A stretch of DNA of 64,000 bases from positions 33,083,626 to 33,147,625 of the forward strand of contig CM074516.1 of NCBI GenBank assembly GCA_037379345.1, given 5' to 3'. The position numbers and the translations under genes were made by a program. Shown here piece after piece: positions 12,418 to 25,600 of this stretch. The stretch is from Perna viridis. Lineage: Eukaryota. The notes beneath the pieces were generated by a model. The model was not told the DNA's origin. It worked only from the letters and a program-made list of their open reading frames with translations, and ran no database searches. Numbering within the stretch: the first letter of the stretch is position 1; each line of letters opens with the position of its first letter.

Positions 12418-12709
12418 AAATGAAATTTAAAAAAGATTTTTGAAAATGATTTTTATAGGTATTAGAAAAGATTGCAACAAAATAAAATTGAAAAGAGATT
12501 TTTGAAAAAGTAAACAATGGCAACAGACAACTACAACGAACACAAAGTGACGGCAATAGCTCACACTGATCTTCGTCCCAGATGAGCTTAAATATACGAT
12601 GAGAAAACCAACCTGTTCTAACTAAATTCTGTTATTCAGAATGTTAGTTTAAAACGCCAGACTTTGATTAATTTAAGTTTTAATTAATCTAAATTAAATA
12701 TCATCTATT

Positions 12710-13172
12710 GGAACAAAATGTACACTTGACTTGTAACGTATCAGTGTGAACTTATCATGTCATCTGCAAGCGTTTGGAAAAAAGTCCTTCAAACGATTAT
12801 TTCTGTAAATTTTGTTCAAGGCCCGAAATTTCGGTAAAATCATCGAAGTGAAACCAAACACAAATTTGTAACTTATCACGGTTAATTTATAACAAATATC
12901 ATGTCAATATCTGCAAATGAATGTTCAGAAAAAAATGTCAGGAAAACGGTTATTTCTGTGAATTTTGATAAGTACAAAGCCCGTAATTTCGGTAAAAATT
13001 ATCTAAAAGTAAACTTGACCTTTAACTTATCATGGTAAACTTATTAACCAAAAAAATATTTCAATATCTGCAAGTGTTTAAAAAAAGTCCGGAAAACTTA
13101 AGATGGACTGATGGTCAGACGGACGGGTCAAACACATTATACCCTGTGCAACTGCATTGCGTGGGGTATAAT
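12710..13172 (-). mobile_element. HINE-like element of a second family
   Basis: Head hairpin attataccctgtgcaactgcattgcgtggggtataat, gacg/gatg microsatellite, and ~150-bp internal repeats (aatttcggtaaaa at 12827 and 12985). Confidence 0.6.
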
Positions 13173-15843
13173 TATTCAAGCTCAGAGTTCTTTTCCTTTG
13201 AAATTAAGAGAACACATATTCCATAACAGATGTAAAGGATTGGTACTTCAGGTTTTATAATCCCATACCAAATATCAGATATCTAAATGAAACGACAAAA
13301 CAATTTTAGCCCAGACAAATTTTGTATGGTATTTGGCCAAAATTTTGTATGTCATTTTATCTTGGAGTCAAAGGTCCAGGTCAAAAGTTATCCTATCTTG
13401 AACATTACACTCTACCTTAATGTGATTTACTTACATACCAAAAAATCAGATATCTTGGTAAAAAGACAAAAAAAAACAAGATGGCCAAGACAAAGTTTTT
13501 ATGGTATTTTGCCAAAACTTTTATGTTATTTGTCCTCGCGGCCAAAGGTCAAGGTCAAAGGTCACCTACCTAAAACATTACTCCCTGCTTTGGTGTGATA
13601 TACTTTAATGCCAAAGATTATATATCTAAGTAAAAAGACCAAAAACATAATGGCACAGACAAAATCATGTATCATATTTTGCCAAAATTTGTATGTTATT
13701 TGACCTTGAGGTTAAAGGCCAAGGTCAAAAGTCTCCCACTCTGGTATGCAACAATCTACCCTGAGAGGATATACCAACATACCAAATATTAGAAGTCTAA
13801 GTCAAAAGACAAAAAATGTTATGGTCTGGACAAAGTTTGTATGAAAAACGTTAAGAAGAAGAAAAGTTCTTACAGGAGGTGATTTTGGGTCCAGATGAGC
13901 AAAAAACAAAGATATGCTACATTTTTTTTATTTGTGATATGTTTCAGTGGAGAGCACCTACCACACATCCATGCATACATTTAATTAATATCCTCTTGCT
14001 CTTGTAAGCAAAACATAGGGTCTGAACATAGCCTATTTTTGTACATTTCAAATTGTCGAAAATTAAGAATTTTGGTTGCTATGGTAACCAGATCTAAACC
14101 AATCAGATTGCTTTGTACTTTATTGTAAATTGTTTTAATATAAATTGTAATATAATGATGTAGTTTGACAAATTTCCACCATTAGATATAAAAAATACAT
14201 TCAGATTGTGATGCTTTTTGTGTTTTTTAGGCCCAAAATTGGTGGTTGCTAAGGAATGGTCGTTGCTATGGTTACGGTGAAAACATTTTTCATTTTTTTA
14301 TATTAATTCTTGTTTTTCCATTAAATCCTTCATATTGCAAGTCAATTTGGTTCAAATGCCTGACATCGATAAATCACCTCCTGCATGATTCTTAGGTGGA
14401 CTGCCTTTAAAATACTTTGATTTTGATTGTGTTTTTGTGTTTGTTTTGTTTTTGTCTTGTTTTCATATATTTATTGTTAAATGTGTTAATTATGGTAATT
14501 TAGAACAAAATACGAATTGAAAATATCTGATGTGTGGACCGGATACGACGAATATTTTCGCAAAATTATGATAATGTCAAAACAAGTAGGTATAATTAAC
14601 TTATGTTTGGTCTAATTAAACTGAACTTATTTTTCAATGTGACAAATTATATGTAAAACAAGTGCTGTGATATCTTGTTAAAAAAAACATGACTTTAAAA
14701 GTCATCTCGATGAAGAGTATCGCTGTATCGAACTCCTTTGATCCCAGTGGTATGACTGTTTTATATTGTAGATGCTTTTAGCAAACAATAACTTTACCTC
14801 TTTCGTTTTGAATGTTTGAAGCAATCAAATAAAATCAAGTACAATATAAAATATTTATCGTAATTTATTTTCTTGACTCTTTCAACCTAATTGTTTCTAA
14901 TCTGTCGTATACCGCGAGAAGTAATATCAACATATAAAGCCCTGTAGTAACATTTGGTAGCATTCACGTGTTAGTTGTTCTGTAACGTATTGTTATGGAA
15001 AACGCATAGAAAAGTTTTATTTCTTTCTGAATAGCTCCAAAGACCAAAAAGAAACACCTATGTTTCTTAATATCCCTGATCATATTGGAACGTTTTTTAA
15101 CTAATGTCAGAATAGGAGTAAAGCATTGTCGGGCACTAATCCCCTTAATTAGTAGGGAAGATGTTTTCTTTCCTAAGTAATCCATCAAATATAAAATATG
15201 CAAATTTCTGGATGAATTCGGTGGTTATTATAAAACCTCTTATCATAAGTATCGAAACCGACTTCTTTCAGATTACGGAAATATCATATGAAATTAATTC
15301 TAATACCTCCTCTGTCTTTCTGTAGAATAAAGGCAAAAGATTGCATGTAAACGTATTTAAACTGGAAAACAGGAGAAAAGGCAAAAGTAGCACTTGCCGT
15401 GGAAACCACAAAGCTTATGAAGGAATACGGACTTTTCGTCGGATGTTAAAGAACATCAAAGAAGCTAAAGTCCTTTTGATTTATGTCTTAGAATAGAACA
15501 AAGTAAACTTGTACGGGAAAATCCAAAAGGAGACGAAAACAGAAACAATGCATCAAATGGTTAGATGGTAATTGAAAAAATGGAAATGTGAAAATCGGTA
15601 AAAGTCTGTAAAAAGAATGGGACTTTGGTTTTGTGTTTATGGTTTGAAGGTTCCTTTTCATGATCATTCGGTTTCTATATCTATCATATGCCATATTAAA
15701 CACTCCTTTTAATTTCTTAGAAGTGGAAGGTCTATTAATGTCGTGAAAGGATAATTATAATTACTTTATCTTGGATAATAATAATATTTTTTTCTGTTTT
15801 GTTTTCCATGTCGGCCGAGTACTTCGGCTAGAGGCTGGCTAAC

Positions 15844-16021
15844 AATCTATCTTCTGAAGTCGGTACCATCCTAAGTTAAAGTATGCAGGAACATACTTCC
15901 AATCTATCTACTGAAGTTGGTACCATCCTAAGTTGAAGTATGCAGGAACATACTTCCAATCTATCTACTGAAGTTGGTACCATCCTAAGTTGAAGTATGT
16001 AGGAACATACTTCCAATCTAT
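15844..16021. repeat. 57-bp minisatellite, ~3.1 near-identical copies
   Basis: Units start at 15844, 15901, 15958 and 16015. Confidence 0.95.
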
Positions 16022-18949
16022 TAGTAAACAGGAGTAAAACAGAAAATTTTCTCCAAAAGCAGTAAGTTGTACTCGATCATGTCTTCCTTAAAACAATTCT
16101 TTATTGCATGAGAAATAATAGTGGTACAAATCATATCGTGCATAATGTTAAAGCTTTTTATAATATACATTTTTTATCAATCTTGTTTCATATTTTGTTC
16201 CTTCATGTTTTTCTTTGTGCGTTTGTGCGTTTGTTTAATTGTTTGTTTTTCTTCTATCTTTACTGTTATAAGTCATTGTATCAGAAAAATATTTCGTATT
16301 GTATACATTGTACATACAACATGTATTTTTTTTTATTTTTTTAATGTTGTCTTCCGTCTTTTATCAAACAAACAAAAATATGCGACTATACGGTAATTCA
16401 CTTAAACTATATATAAACTTTATCTGTGTTTAATATATCCATGGAAATAATATACTTATAGACTAACCTCAATGACATTATTATTCATTTCACTCTTTAT
16501 CATAATCATATTTTTGTAAGGATGTTGAATTACTCAGATTAAAAGCAGTGGATTAGAAATACAAAAATACCAATTATATATATATTTTGCTCATTTCAGT
16601 ATGCTGTGCACGTGATTTAAGAAGTGGCATTATTTCTATCTAGGAAGATCTAAATTCAAAAATAGATAACATTGTGTTTTGCCCCTTGTTTTGCCGTTAC
16701 TTTACGAAGTGACGATTTATGACACCATTACTGTGATCATTTAACGGACGTCAGCATATTTACGATGTCTTAAAACAAGTTTAGTTATGTTGGGTATTAT
16801 TTTCATTTTATTATTATATATTTAATTGTTCAAACGTTTCAAGTACAGTTAACTTATGAATTATTCATGCCTCTGTATTAACCCAAAAGATAATTTTAAT
16901 ATTTTTTACCATGTTTCCCATAATGATCATTGTATTTTAAAATACGAAACTATTATTCATAATTTCAAATACGATGTATATATACATAAAGTGCACTGCT
17001 TTCAGTTTTAATTTTCCTCAAATTCCGTAGAAAAGCTCAAGCATTTCACATATTTTGATTTCCTATAATTTTTTAGCTGATTGGATGTTGGAATGTTTTA
17101 TTTTATACGGATATATTTTCATTAAAACATCAAAAAATATTTTATTTGAAAAAAAATACATGCACTCACAAAGGCAGAATCTGGCATAATAAGGAAAATA
17201 ATAATTTCCCTATAAAATGGGAAGAGTTGCTTTTTTCATTCGATGGAGATTTTTTTTATTATTGAATCTAAAAATAAGTGATATACATATACAGTTATGA
17301 GCATTTTTCAACTATGCTTAATTGAGTAAAGAAAAGATATAATAATCATATCAACGGAATTGTAGGTGAATTCTTATCATTTGCGGTGCACTCTATTTCC
17401 TTTTTACATTTTAATCAACGACAAAGTAAAGCTACAAAAAGTACATGTTATTTTAACATTGACGGATTTTAAAAGGGGCGGGCGTTAGAAAAGGAAAAGT
17501 GCAGAAGTTTGGCAAATGTGAGCAAATATTTTGCTGAACCCCCTTTTTAAAATAAATTCCTGGATCGGACTCGGACGCCATCGGGCGGGCTTCACCTTTT
17601 AAAAATTTCTGAGTCCAACCCTGTTTAATGAGCCATTTGTATTCTTATTACATAATGATAATAGAATTTTGAATGATTCAAATGTTGTTATTATGGTCAA
17701 TTCATTTTCCCAGATACATTATGTATATCAACTTTCCCGTAACAGTGTCTTAGGTGAATATCGAATGATTCTAAAGGAAAGACCGAAAACCATTCTTATT
17801 CAGTTTAATAAATCATTAAACAAAAACTTAATGGTGTCGTTTTTGCTGTTATCAATACAAAATATTATTACTAACTAGTATATTGTGTTTTGTATGATAC
17901 TTAGGGTTTGCATATTCTATACTTGTTGAGAACCTGACGCGAAAAAGTTACTTTCCAAATAATTAATGAGGATTAACTCTCGACCTTGTCCTGCATCTGT
18001 CAGTTCTAGCGACCACAATTGTTCATGCCATGAAGGAACATATGGATGAAAGTTCTTTTTATTCAGATCAGGAGATTAAAAAAGAAAACCCGTTTTGTCT
18101 GTATGCGCTGCAAATTGCAGATGCTTTTAAGATGATATTTTAATGACCAGGACTATTGTCATTTCAGGTCTGTTTGAATTTATAACTCAAAATAAGGCTG
18201 GTAGAGGCAATTATGGCAGATTTACGCTTTGTATGTTTTTGTTTTTTGTATTTGTTTTGTTTTGTTTTTGTTTTCGTTTTACTTTATAAAAATTATTTAA
18301 GTTTCTATATAGCGTATCTAAATATACACATAATTGTAGTCTCTTGACAAACGACAGTACTATCAACATTGGGGATTTTGGAATTAACTAAAACAAAATA
18401 TTTACCAATATTTATGCTCCAGTTGTTGCTATAGTTACTAAAACTTATAATTTATAGATGATAGTGATTCCGATACTTGGACCTGAAAGTAGTATATTCT
18501 ATACGAAAGATATGTCTGGCATAGAATATAGAACATAGCAAAAAGTAGGAAAAATGATTCATGCCCAGAACCCATGAAATGGAAGTCGTTGTCCTGTTAC
18601 CCTGATGACGACCTCATTTCATTCGTTGATTTCCACAGCTTATTTTGTAACAGTGAATACACCGAGGGCGAAAACCAGCATAATTCATGATTTGCAATTC
18701 TTCCTTGACACTTGTTTTCTCAAGAGAATAATACTCTTCATGTAACTAAATAAAGAAAAATCACTGTTAGAGCGATTACCCCCCCCCCTCTTTCCCTAAA
18801 AATGGAAATTCAGAATCAATGTATTGAAACATAGAAAACTACATGACAATGGTTGTGTCCTTATTGTATGACTTATAATGTACCGTATGTTCTCAACTCG
18901 CATAGGAAGAATTTATCTTACATATGATGGGGACATAACTTTTTGTAGG

Positions 18950-19410
18950 TTTAAACTGGTCTGGAGCTGGCATGTCAGTTAACTGCTAATAGTCCTTAGT
19001 TTGTGCATTTGTGTAATTTATATTCAGTTTCTTTATTTCTGTTGTAAAAAGTTACTCAGACCTTTCTGAATTGATTTTATGTGTTTAATTTGTAACTTTT
19101 TTACATAGTGGCCATGGGGGTGGTTGTGATCACGCCTAAGTACTTCAACCCCGCCGCATTTTTTGCGCCTGTCCCAAATCGGGAATTTCTGGCCTCTGTA
19201 TTTTCACCTTTAGTTTTCTTGATTATGTTGGGGCAACTCTATTGCCGTACCTGTGTATAATGATGCCTTGGGGCCAGCTGCAGCCAACCCTGTGGTGTGA
19301 GGGTTTCCTCGTCGTTCATTGAAGACCAATGAGTGGCATTGGGCTGACATTTTCATCCTGATGGGGTTGTTGTCTCTTTGACATATTCACCAAACCTATT
19401 CTCGTTATGA
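18950..19410 (+). repeat. GC-richer interspersed repeat remnant, possibly a retroelement 3' region
   Basis: GC-richer block resembling, from memory only, an abundant bivalve repeat (aaccccgccgcattttttgcgcctgtcccaa...gttgttgtctctttgaca). No coding motif is visible. Confidence 0.4.
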
Positions 19411-22400
19411 AAATAAATTACTGCAACAAATACTAGTCTGAGATGGAACAGGTGCTCCGATAGGGAAAGCATCTTCAGCTTTTCAAGAAAATAATCGAAT
19501 CTAGTACGTATAGTAACTGGCAAAAGTAAAACTATAAGGGATGAATCTTGAAGTAACTGCTGGAAACGGATAAATCTAAAAGGTTTGACACGGTACATAT
19601 AGCTTCCTCAAACTCAAACTCTGTTAAAGATATGAAAACTGAGTATTGTGCAGGGAAGATAATTTTACAGGTGACATACACTATTAAAGTTAGGATTTAG
19701 TTATAAACAAATGTAAAATTCATCACCGACAGTTTATAGACAGAATGTAAGGTCATTTTGAAAGACAATTGGTATGACCCATGCTGTTAGAAAACTAACA
19801 TTCAGCACGTTGTTAGAAAACTACAGCTCTAATAAACGCAAAAAGTACTTAATTGGTATATCAATGTAGAATTGTTTGTATTGAAGGTTTTGTTTTTTCC
19901 TGTCTTGTTTCGGTTTTTGGTTTTTGTTATTTTTTTTTTGTTTCGGTTTTAATATATATATATATACATGTGTGTGTTTGTTTGTCATTTTTTGGAACCC
20001 TTGTATTGTAATTTATGGGATCACAATCTCAAATAAGTGACTTTTCTATGTCATGTATATATATATATTATCTGAAATGATGAAGACATGTCATCCAAGA
20101 AGAAAAAAAATAAATGAATTTATTTCTTTAATTCAAAAACATATTGCGTGTGATAGTAAAGACAGGGCATTGTATTCTGTTCTTTATCCAGACATCTCTA
20201 CTCTGAGTTGACATTTGTCAAGAATCAAGTGACTCGATCTAAAACAGACTGTACTGGTCATGGACTATGAAGGCGCCGGCAGCTTATTGTATGGAAGGTT
20301 GAAATTTTATGATCTATAAACATTCACAAAAGGAGAAATTGTGAAAAATCTGTGTTATCAGATTTTTGAGAATATAATAATATTAATGGTACGTCTCGGC
20401 TTCTATTGTTATACGGGTAAGGTCATGCAATGTGTCAGGGAATTAATCCAAGTCGGAGAAACCTACCCTTATTTATTTTCACAAATCAAAATGAGGATCT
20501 GGAGGCGCATATACATGTATAAACATACAAAAAAGTTTTGGACGTCAGTGTTAGACATTCAAAAGATTTATACAAATTCTTTTCACTTCCTTTTTTTATT
20601 TTCTATCTGTTTATATCACAAGGTAATCTATACGTTACCAATGTCTGTTGTTTCGTTTGAAATTAAACCAACAAAGGTAAACACACACACACGCACACAG
20701 AGTTGGGACCATTTCTATTGAACAATTTAAAACAATGCATTTGGGTTGAGGTCGTTGTTCGTATGTGTGTATGTGTGTGAACATTTCCTTTTTATTTCAT
20801 AAGAACAAACGCTTTGGGATACCCTAGTTTGTCTGGTTACAATAAGATTATAGTATTAACTAGTGCGACCTGCATTTTCTTGCTTAAGACATCCACTTCG
20901 ATCTGCAGATTCACAAACTATGCCCGCCGTTAAAAGACACAAACAAATGAAACAATATAAAGTACAATGCTATAGTATCTATATCAGAGGACACATATTT
21001 TAGGTAATAAAAACATTCACGGTAGAAATATAACCAACTACCACAAAGACAACATTGTCAATGTTTATGTGACCCTATGTCTTCGGGTTGAATGTTTTAA
21101 ATGATTATCCACATGGCTTCTTCCTCAAGGATAATTGAACAAGCACAAAACTATTTGTATGTACCCTCCAAGCCTTCTGGGTAGCCCCATTTGTCAAATT
21201 TATAATATACTACCCCTCAATAGAATTATGCCTTATTTTAAGACCTTGGGTGATTTATGATTAAGTGTCAGAGTGGATAATCTGTACTTGTCATCTTAAG
21301 GGAACAAAAACATCAAGTTTCAAGTACAATAAATCGTTAGAAACAGGCAAAGATCTCCATGGACCGAAGTTATTAAAAAAAATCACAAATTGAGATTTTT
21401 TTCTGTTATCCGACTTTTAACTATTCACGAGCTGGTTTAACATCCGAGTTGAGAATTGGTAATCGTAAAAACGCAGTTGAAAATTGTGTTTTTGTACGAA
21501 AACGGGTCGTGATGTAATTAAGATGCGGGGAAACTAGATAACAGAAAATCCAGTTACCTCTGCATTTTATTCAAATAATGAAAAGGTACTGTTAATCCAT
21601 GTAATGAACTTAGATATCCACATGTTATTAGGCCAGTTTCTCTAGGATTTAGATTTTTCATTTTAATTTTGGCTAAATTGAAACCAACACCAGATAACGA
21701 GTAGCGGTATTTTCTGCAAGTGAATTGAGATTGGACTTCAGTAATGCGTGCAGCATAGATTTACTTAATCTTAACAACACCTATATTGACTGACGTTAAG
21801 TGCTATCTATCGTAAATACTACGCATATCATAGAAAGTGCCATATTGGAATCAACTGTCTAGAATAGCTGCATTTTATTTCAGAGCATATAAGCTTGCGG
21901 GTTAATACTTGGTATATCAGGAAGTTGTTGTTAGGCCTGCGAAATATCGGCAAAACAAATACCGAAGCCTCCGCACTTGGATAATTACGTCTAAATCCCA
22001 AAACATGGCCTTAACGTGATCACAGGAAACAAAGATTGGTGAGTGCATTGACATACTGAAAATACCACTGCACTTGATATGCTAATAAATAATCTTGCCT
22101 GGTTATTGTACGGAGTTGTATTTAAATGGTCGTCTTGACTGATTCCTCAATGGTGCTATTATGTAGAACAATTATCCGAGTCATCAGCCATTCAGCTGCT
22201 GTAAAACAAGCTGAAAGGAATGTCCTTTTTCAGTAAGATTAAATAATTATGAGTTATTATAATTAATACCAACGTCTGTGGGCTCTTAACAGGGAAGTTA
22301 CTGATCTATTTGTCAACGGTTATTAATAAATGTATTCATCCTTTATCGGGAACACACTAAAATCTGAAGTATTGCCGGAAGTATTCAACTTCCATATAGA

Positions 22401-25014
22401 AGAGACCAGTCTGTTTTTAAGACGTGTATCCGAATATATACATGTACGTGTCATATTTAAAAATCTTCTATTTATGGTTTTCAAACGTGCAGGGTTTTTA
22501 GCTTCAACTATTATGTTAATTGCAGTCAATTAACAACCCATGTTCTTATTTATTCTTTTTATATTCCTTTGATTATATCTAAATCGCACCTGTTACCGCT
22601 AGATTCTTATTGAATAAGTATCGTTGTGTTGGTCTAAATAAATTGAATACGGAAATTTATTTTTAAAAAATCTGACCTAACGCAAAAATAACCATTGTTG
22701 ATAACAACAAAAATTATCAAAACGAGGGAATAAATATGTACAACAAATTTCTTGGTACGACACAGTCAGTCATAGGATCAAGAATGACCTCATAGTAAGA
22801 TGAATTGTCAGTTTTTTTTCCCATTTGCCATCATTATCATGTCCTAAAGAACAAACAAACTTCTATATACATGCACCCAACTTGTTTCAATAAAATATGT
22901 ACTTCTAAAATACGTACATGATAAATTACCAAAAAACAATTACATTGTTCTAACAACGAACATTCAACCATTGGCATTCTTAGCTTATCTGGAGGTCAAT
23001 CTAACATTTAAATAGAATGAAAGAAATGTCGAAATGGGATCCAACTCATAACGAGCACAGACAAAAGATACCTTTATGAAAAACAGCCCAACGTTTACTA
23101 GAATTATAGATTTTACACCTATTTCGTCTGTACATAATAATCTGACGTTGTCAAAATCTGTATCAGATGGCCTTCGCCGTGTCAAACCCGGGTATTTATT
23201 TGCACATAATTAATGATCACGTGATCATATGATTTGATCTGTGACTCTGGGGGTCGCTGGAAGTTTTTGACACCTGTGATTGTAATGAAGCTTTATTAAA
23301 TTGATTACCTTAAAAGTAAATGACATTTTAATGACTTTAGTTTCGAAGAGATATCTAGCATGCAACGACATTTTCTCAGGGGAAAGAGCATGACATTTGA
23401 AGTTTAACACTGTCATTCGAAGAACTGTACACAGTCAAAGCGAAATTAAGTGAAACAAAGTAATAAATAATAAAAAACAACAACTAAACAAACAAAATGA
23501 GTAAGATATTTGTGAAAACCCACAATTCTTTTATAGGGACAGAACACGATGCAATATGGCACGAACCATTAACATCCTGACTGATACCCCGGTTCACAGT
23601 GTTTGCCAGATACATCATATGGCTATACAACTACATGTAAATAGCATCCAATGGACCATTCCCAATGACACCACAACCTCATGAAATTTAAGCAGTAATT
23701 AAGGCAAAGACGTACCATTTAGAATTAAGCATAGGGACACAATAACCAAGTTTTAAGAGCAGTTGATCAAAGGAAATTCTGCTTGAACTACGTATACAGT
23801 CACAATTTGGGAGTAAAATGGAGAAGTCACCAGTTTCAAAGATGAACAACGTCAAAGCAACCAAAATTGAAGAGCAGTAACTCAGTGCATCCATAGATAG
23901 AAGGATGCCCACAAAGATATCTATATCTTTATTTGTCAGTGATCCAAAGTTAATCGGGAAACTTGTGGAAACGAGGCATCACATAAAATCATTTATCCCG
24001 AAACTAGGCTTTTTACTATACAGATTCAGAGTGTCCATTGCTGTATTTGTATACACACGTTGTTCTACAATATCGTCTCCTGTTTAGCATTTTTAATATC
24101 TAAAGCAGAAACAGATGAAAAAGATTTAGGGATGATTCCGAATACGTCTAATTATACATGTAAGAAATGGCATAAAAATGATACGACATTCTGCGTATAT
24201 TGAAGATGTTTCATTATTTGCGAGTTATACGATAAAAATAAATGTATTAAAATTGCTGCAATATATAAAGTTCATTTATACTTGCCACAAAAGCGACAAA
24301 ATAGCTGACTGTTCTAAAACTCCAACAAGAAGATTTGATACTTATACAGATACCTATGAAAACGAAATCATAATAAAGAATAAATACATCAATGAAAAAT
24401 TCAAATGTCAAGGCAAACTGCTGTAACCAAACCTTAAAATAGAACTTTCTCCTTAACGTATAATATTTGGTAATGAAATGACATTACTGTTTGATAGCGC
24501 ATGCTGCCAGATCATATATATGTACGTGTGTTTACCAGACACTTACACACATGTCAAAATTGATTTTTCCTAGTACATATGTATTGAAAATAAGTCACAA
24601 AAACTTGATTTGTTGTTTTTTTTCTGTCTAAAATACAACCGTCTCCATTGAACGTTCCACGAAATATTAACAGATGTGGTCTATGTTTTCCATGTTTAGA
24701 ATTATTTCGGATGCCATTAGAAGACCAAATGAATTATATTTGTTAGTTTTGGAAACTAGCAAAAATTTTCCGGTGCCCTTCTTTTAGATGCAGCCCTCTC
24801 ATATGATTGATACCGCCCTTGTTTTAATTACAACTCATACTCTGATGAAACATTGAGAAAAAAAGCACGAATGTATGATGAATAATTGATGAATGTTTGG
24901 AAGTAAATATGATCTAAAACAAATACATTCCGAAACAACAGCAATAGGAAATATAAATAACTTGTTGTTAATTGAGACATATCATATTATGCACATGTAT
25001 ATATCATTATAAAG

Positions 25015-25600
25015 AATCAATTACATATGTCATTACATAGGATTCATTACATATGTCACAACATAGGACCAATTACATATGTCACTACATACCCATTACA
25101 TATGCCTATTCGACCAATGTTACTTTATTTGTTAAGTGTACTAGTATACATAGGACCCATTACATAGGACCCATTACATATGTCATTACATAGGATTCAT
25201 AACATATGACCCATTACATATATCATTACATAGAACCCATTATATATATCACTACATAGAACCCATTACATATGTCACTAAATAGGACCCATTACATATA
25301 TCATTACATAGGATCCATTACATATATCACTACATAGAACCCATTACATATGTCACTACATATGACCCATTACATATGTCATTACATAGGATCCATTACA
25401 TATGTCACTACATAGAACCCATTACATATGTCACTACATATGACCCATTACATGTCATTACATGGGATCCATTACATATGTCACTACATAGAACCCATTA
25501 CATATGTCACTACATAGAACCCATTACATATGTCACTACATACCATTACATACGCCTATTCGACCAATGTTACTTTATTTGTTAAATGTACTAGTATAAT
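25015..25600. repeat. 26-bp minisatellite (cccattacatatgtcactacatagaa) with a 450-bp higher-order duplication
   Basis: Many near-identical units. A unique ~45-bp segment gcctattcgaccaatgttactttatttgttaa occurs at both 25104 and 25554. Confidence 0.92.

Larger units (their letters stand above)
9362..14406. mobile_element. ~5-kb TTAA-flanked foldback (Kolobok-like) element with ~1-1.15 kb inverted arms
   Basis: TTAA at 9358-9361 and 14407-14410. Ends GTAGCAGTCCGCCTAAGAATCATGCA versus the reverse complement AGGCAGTCCACCTAAGAATCATGCA. 9362-10372 aligns in reverse to 13261-14406. Confidence 0.8.

Noticed and set aside
24830-24880. Hammerhead ribozyme candidate (CTGATGA...GAAA); similar partial cores at 18602 and near 59630-59660
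   Set aside because: Stems II and III and the NUH cleavage triplet cannot be formed.
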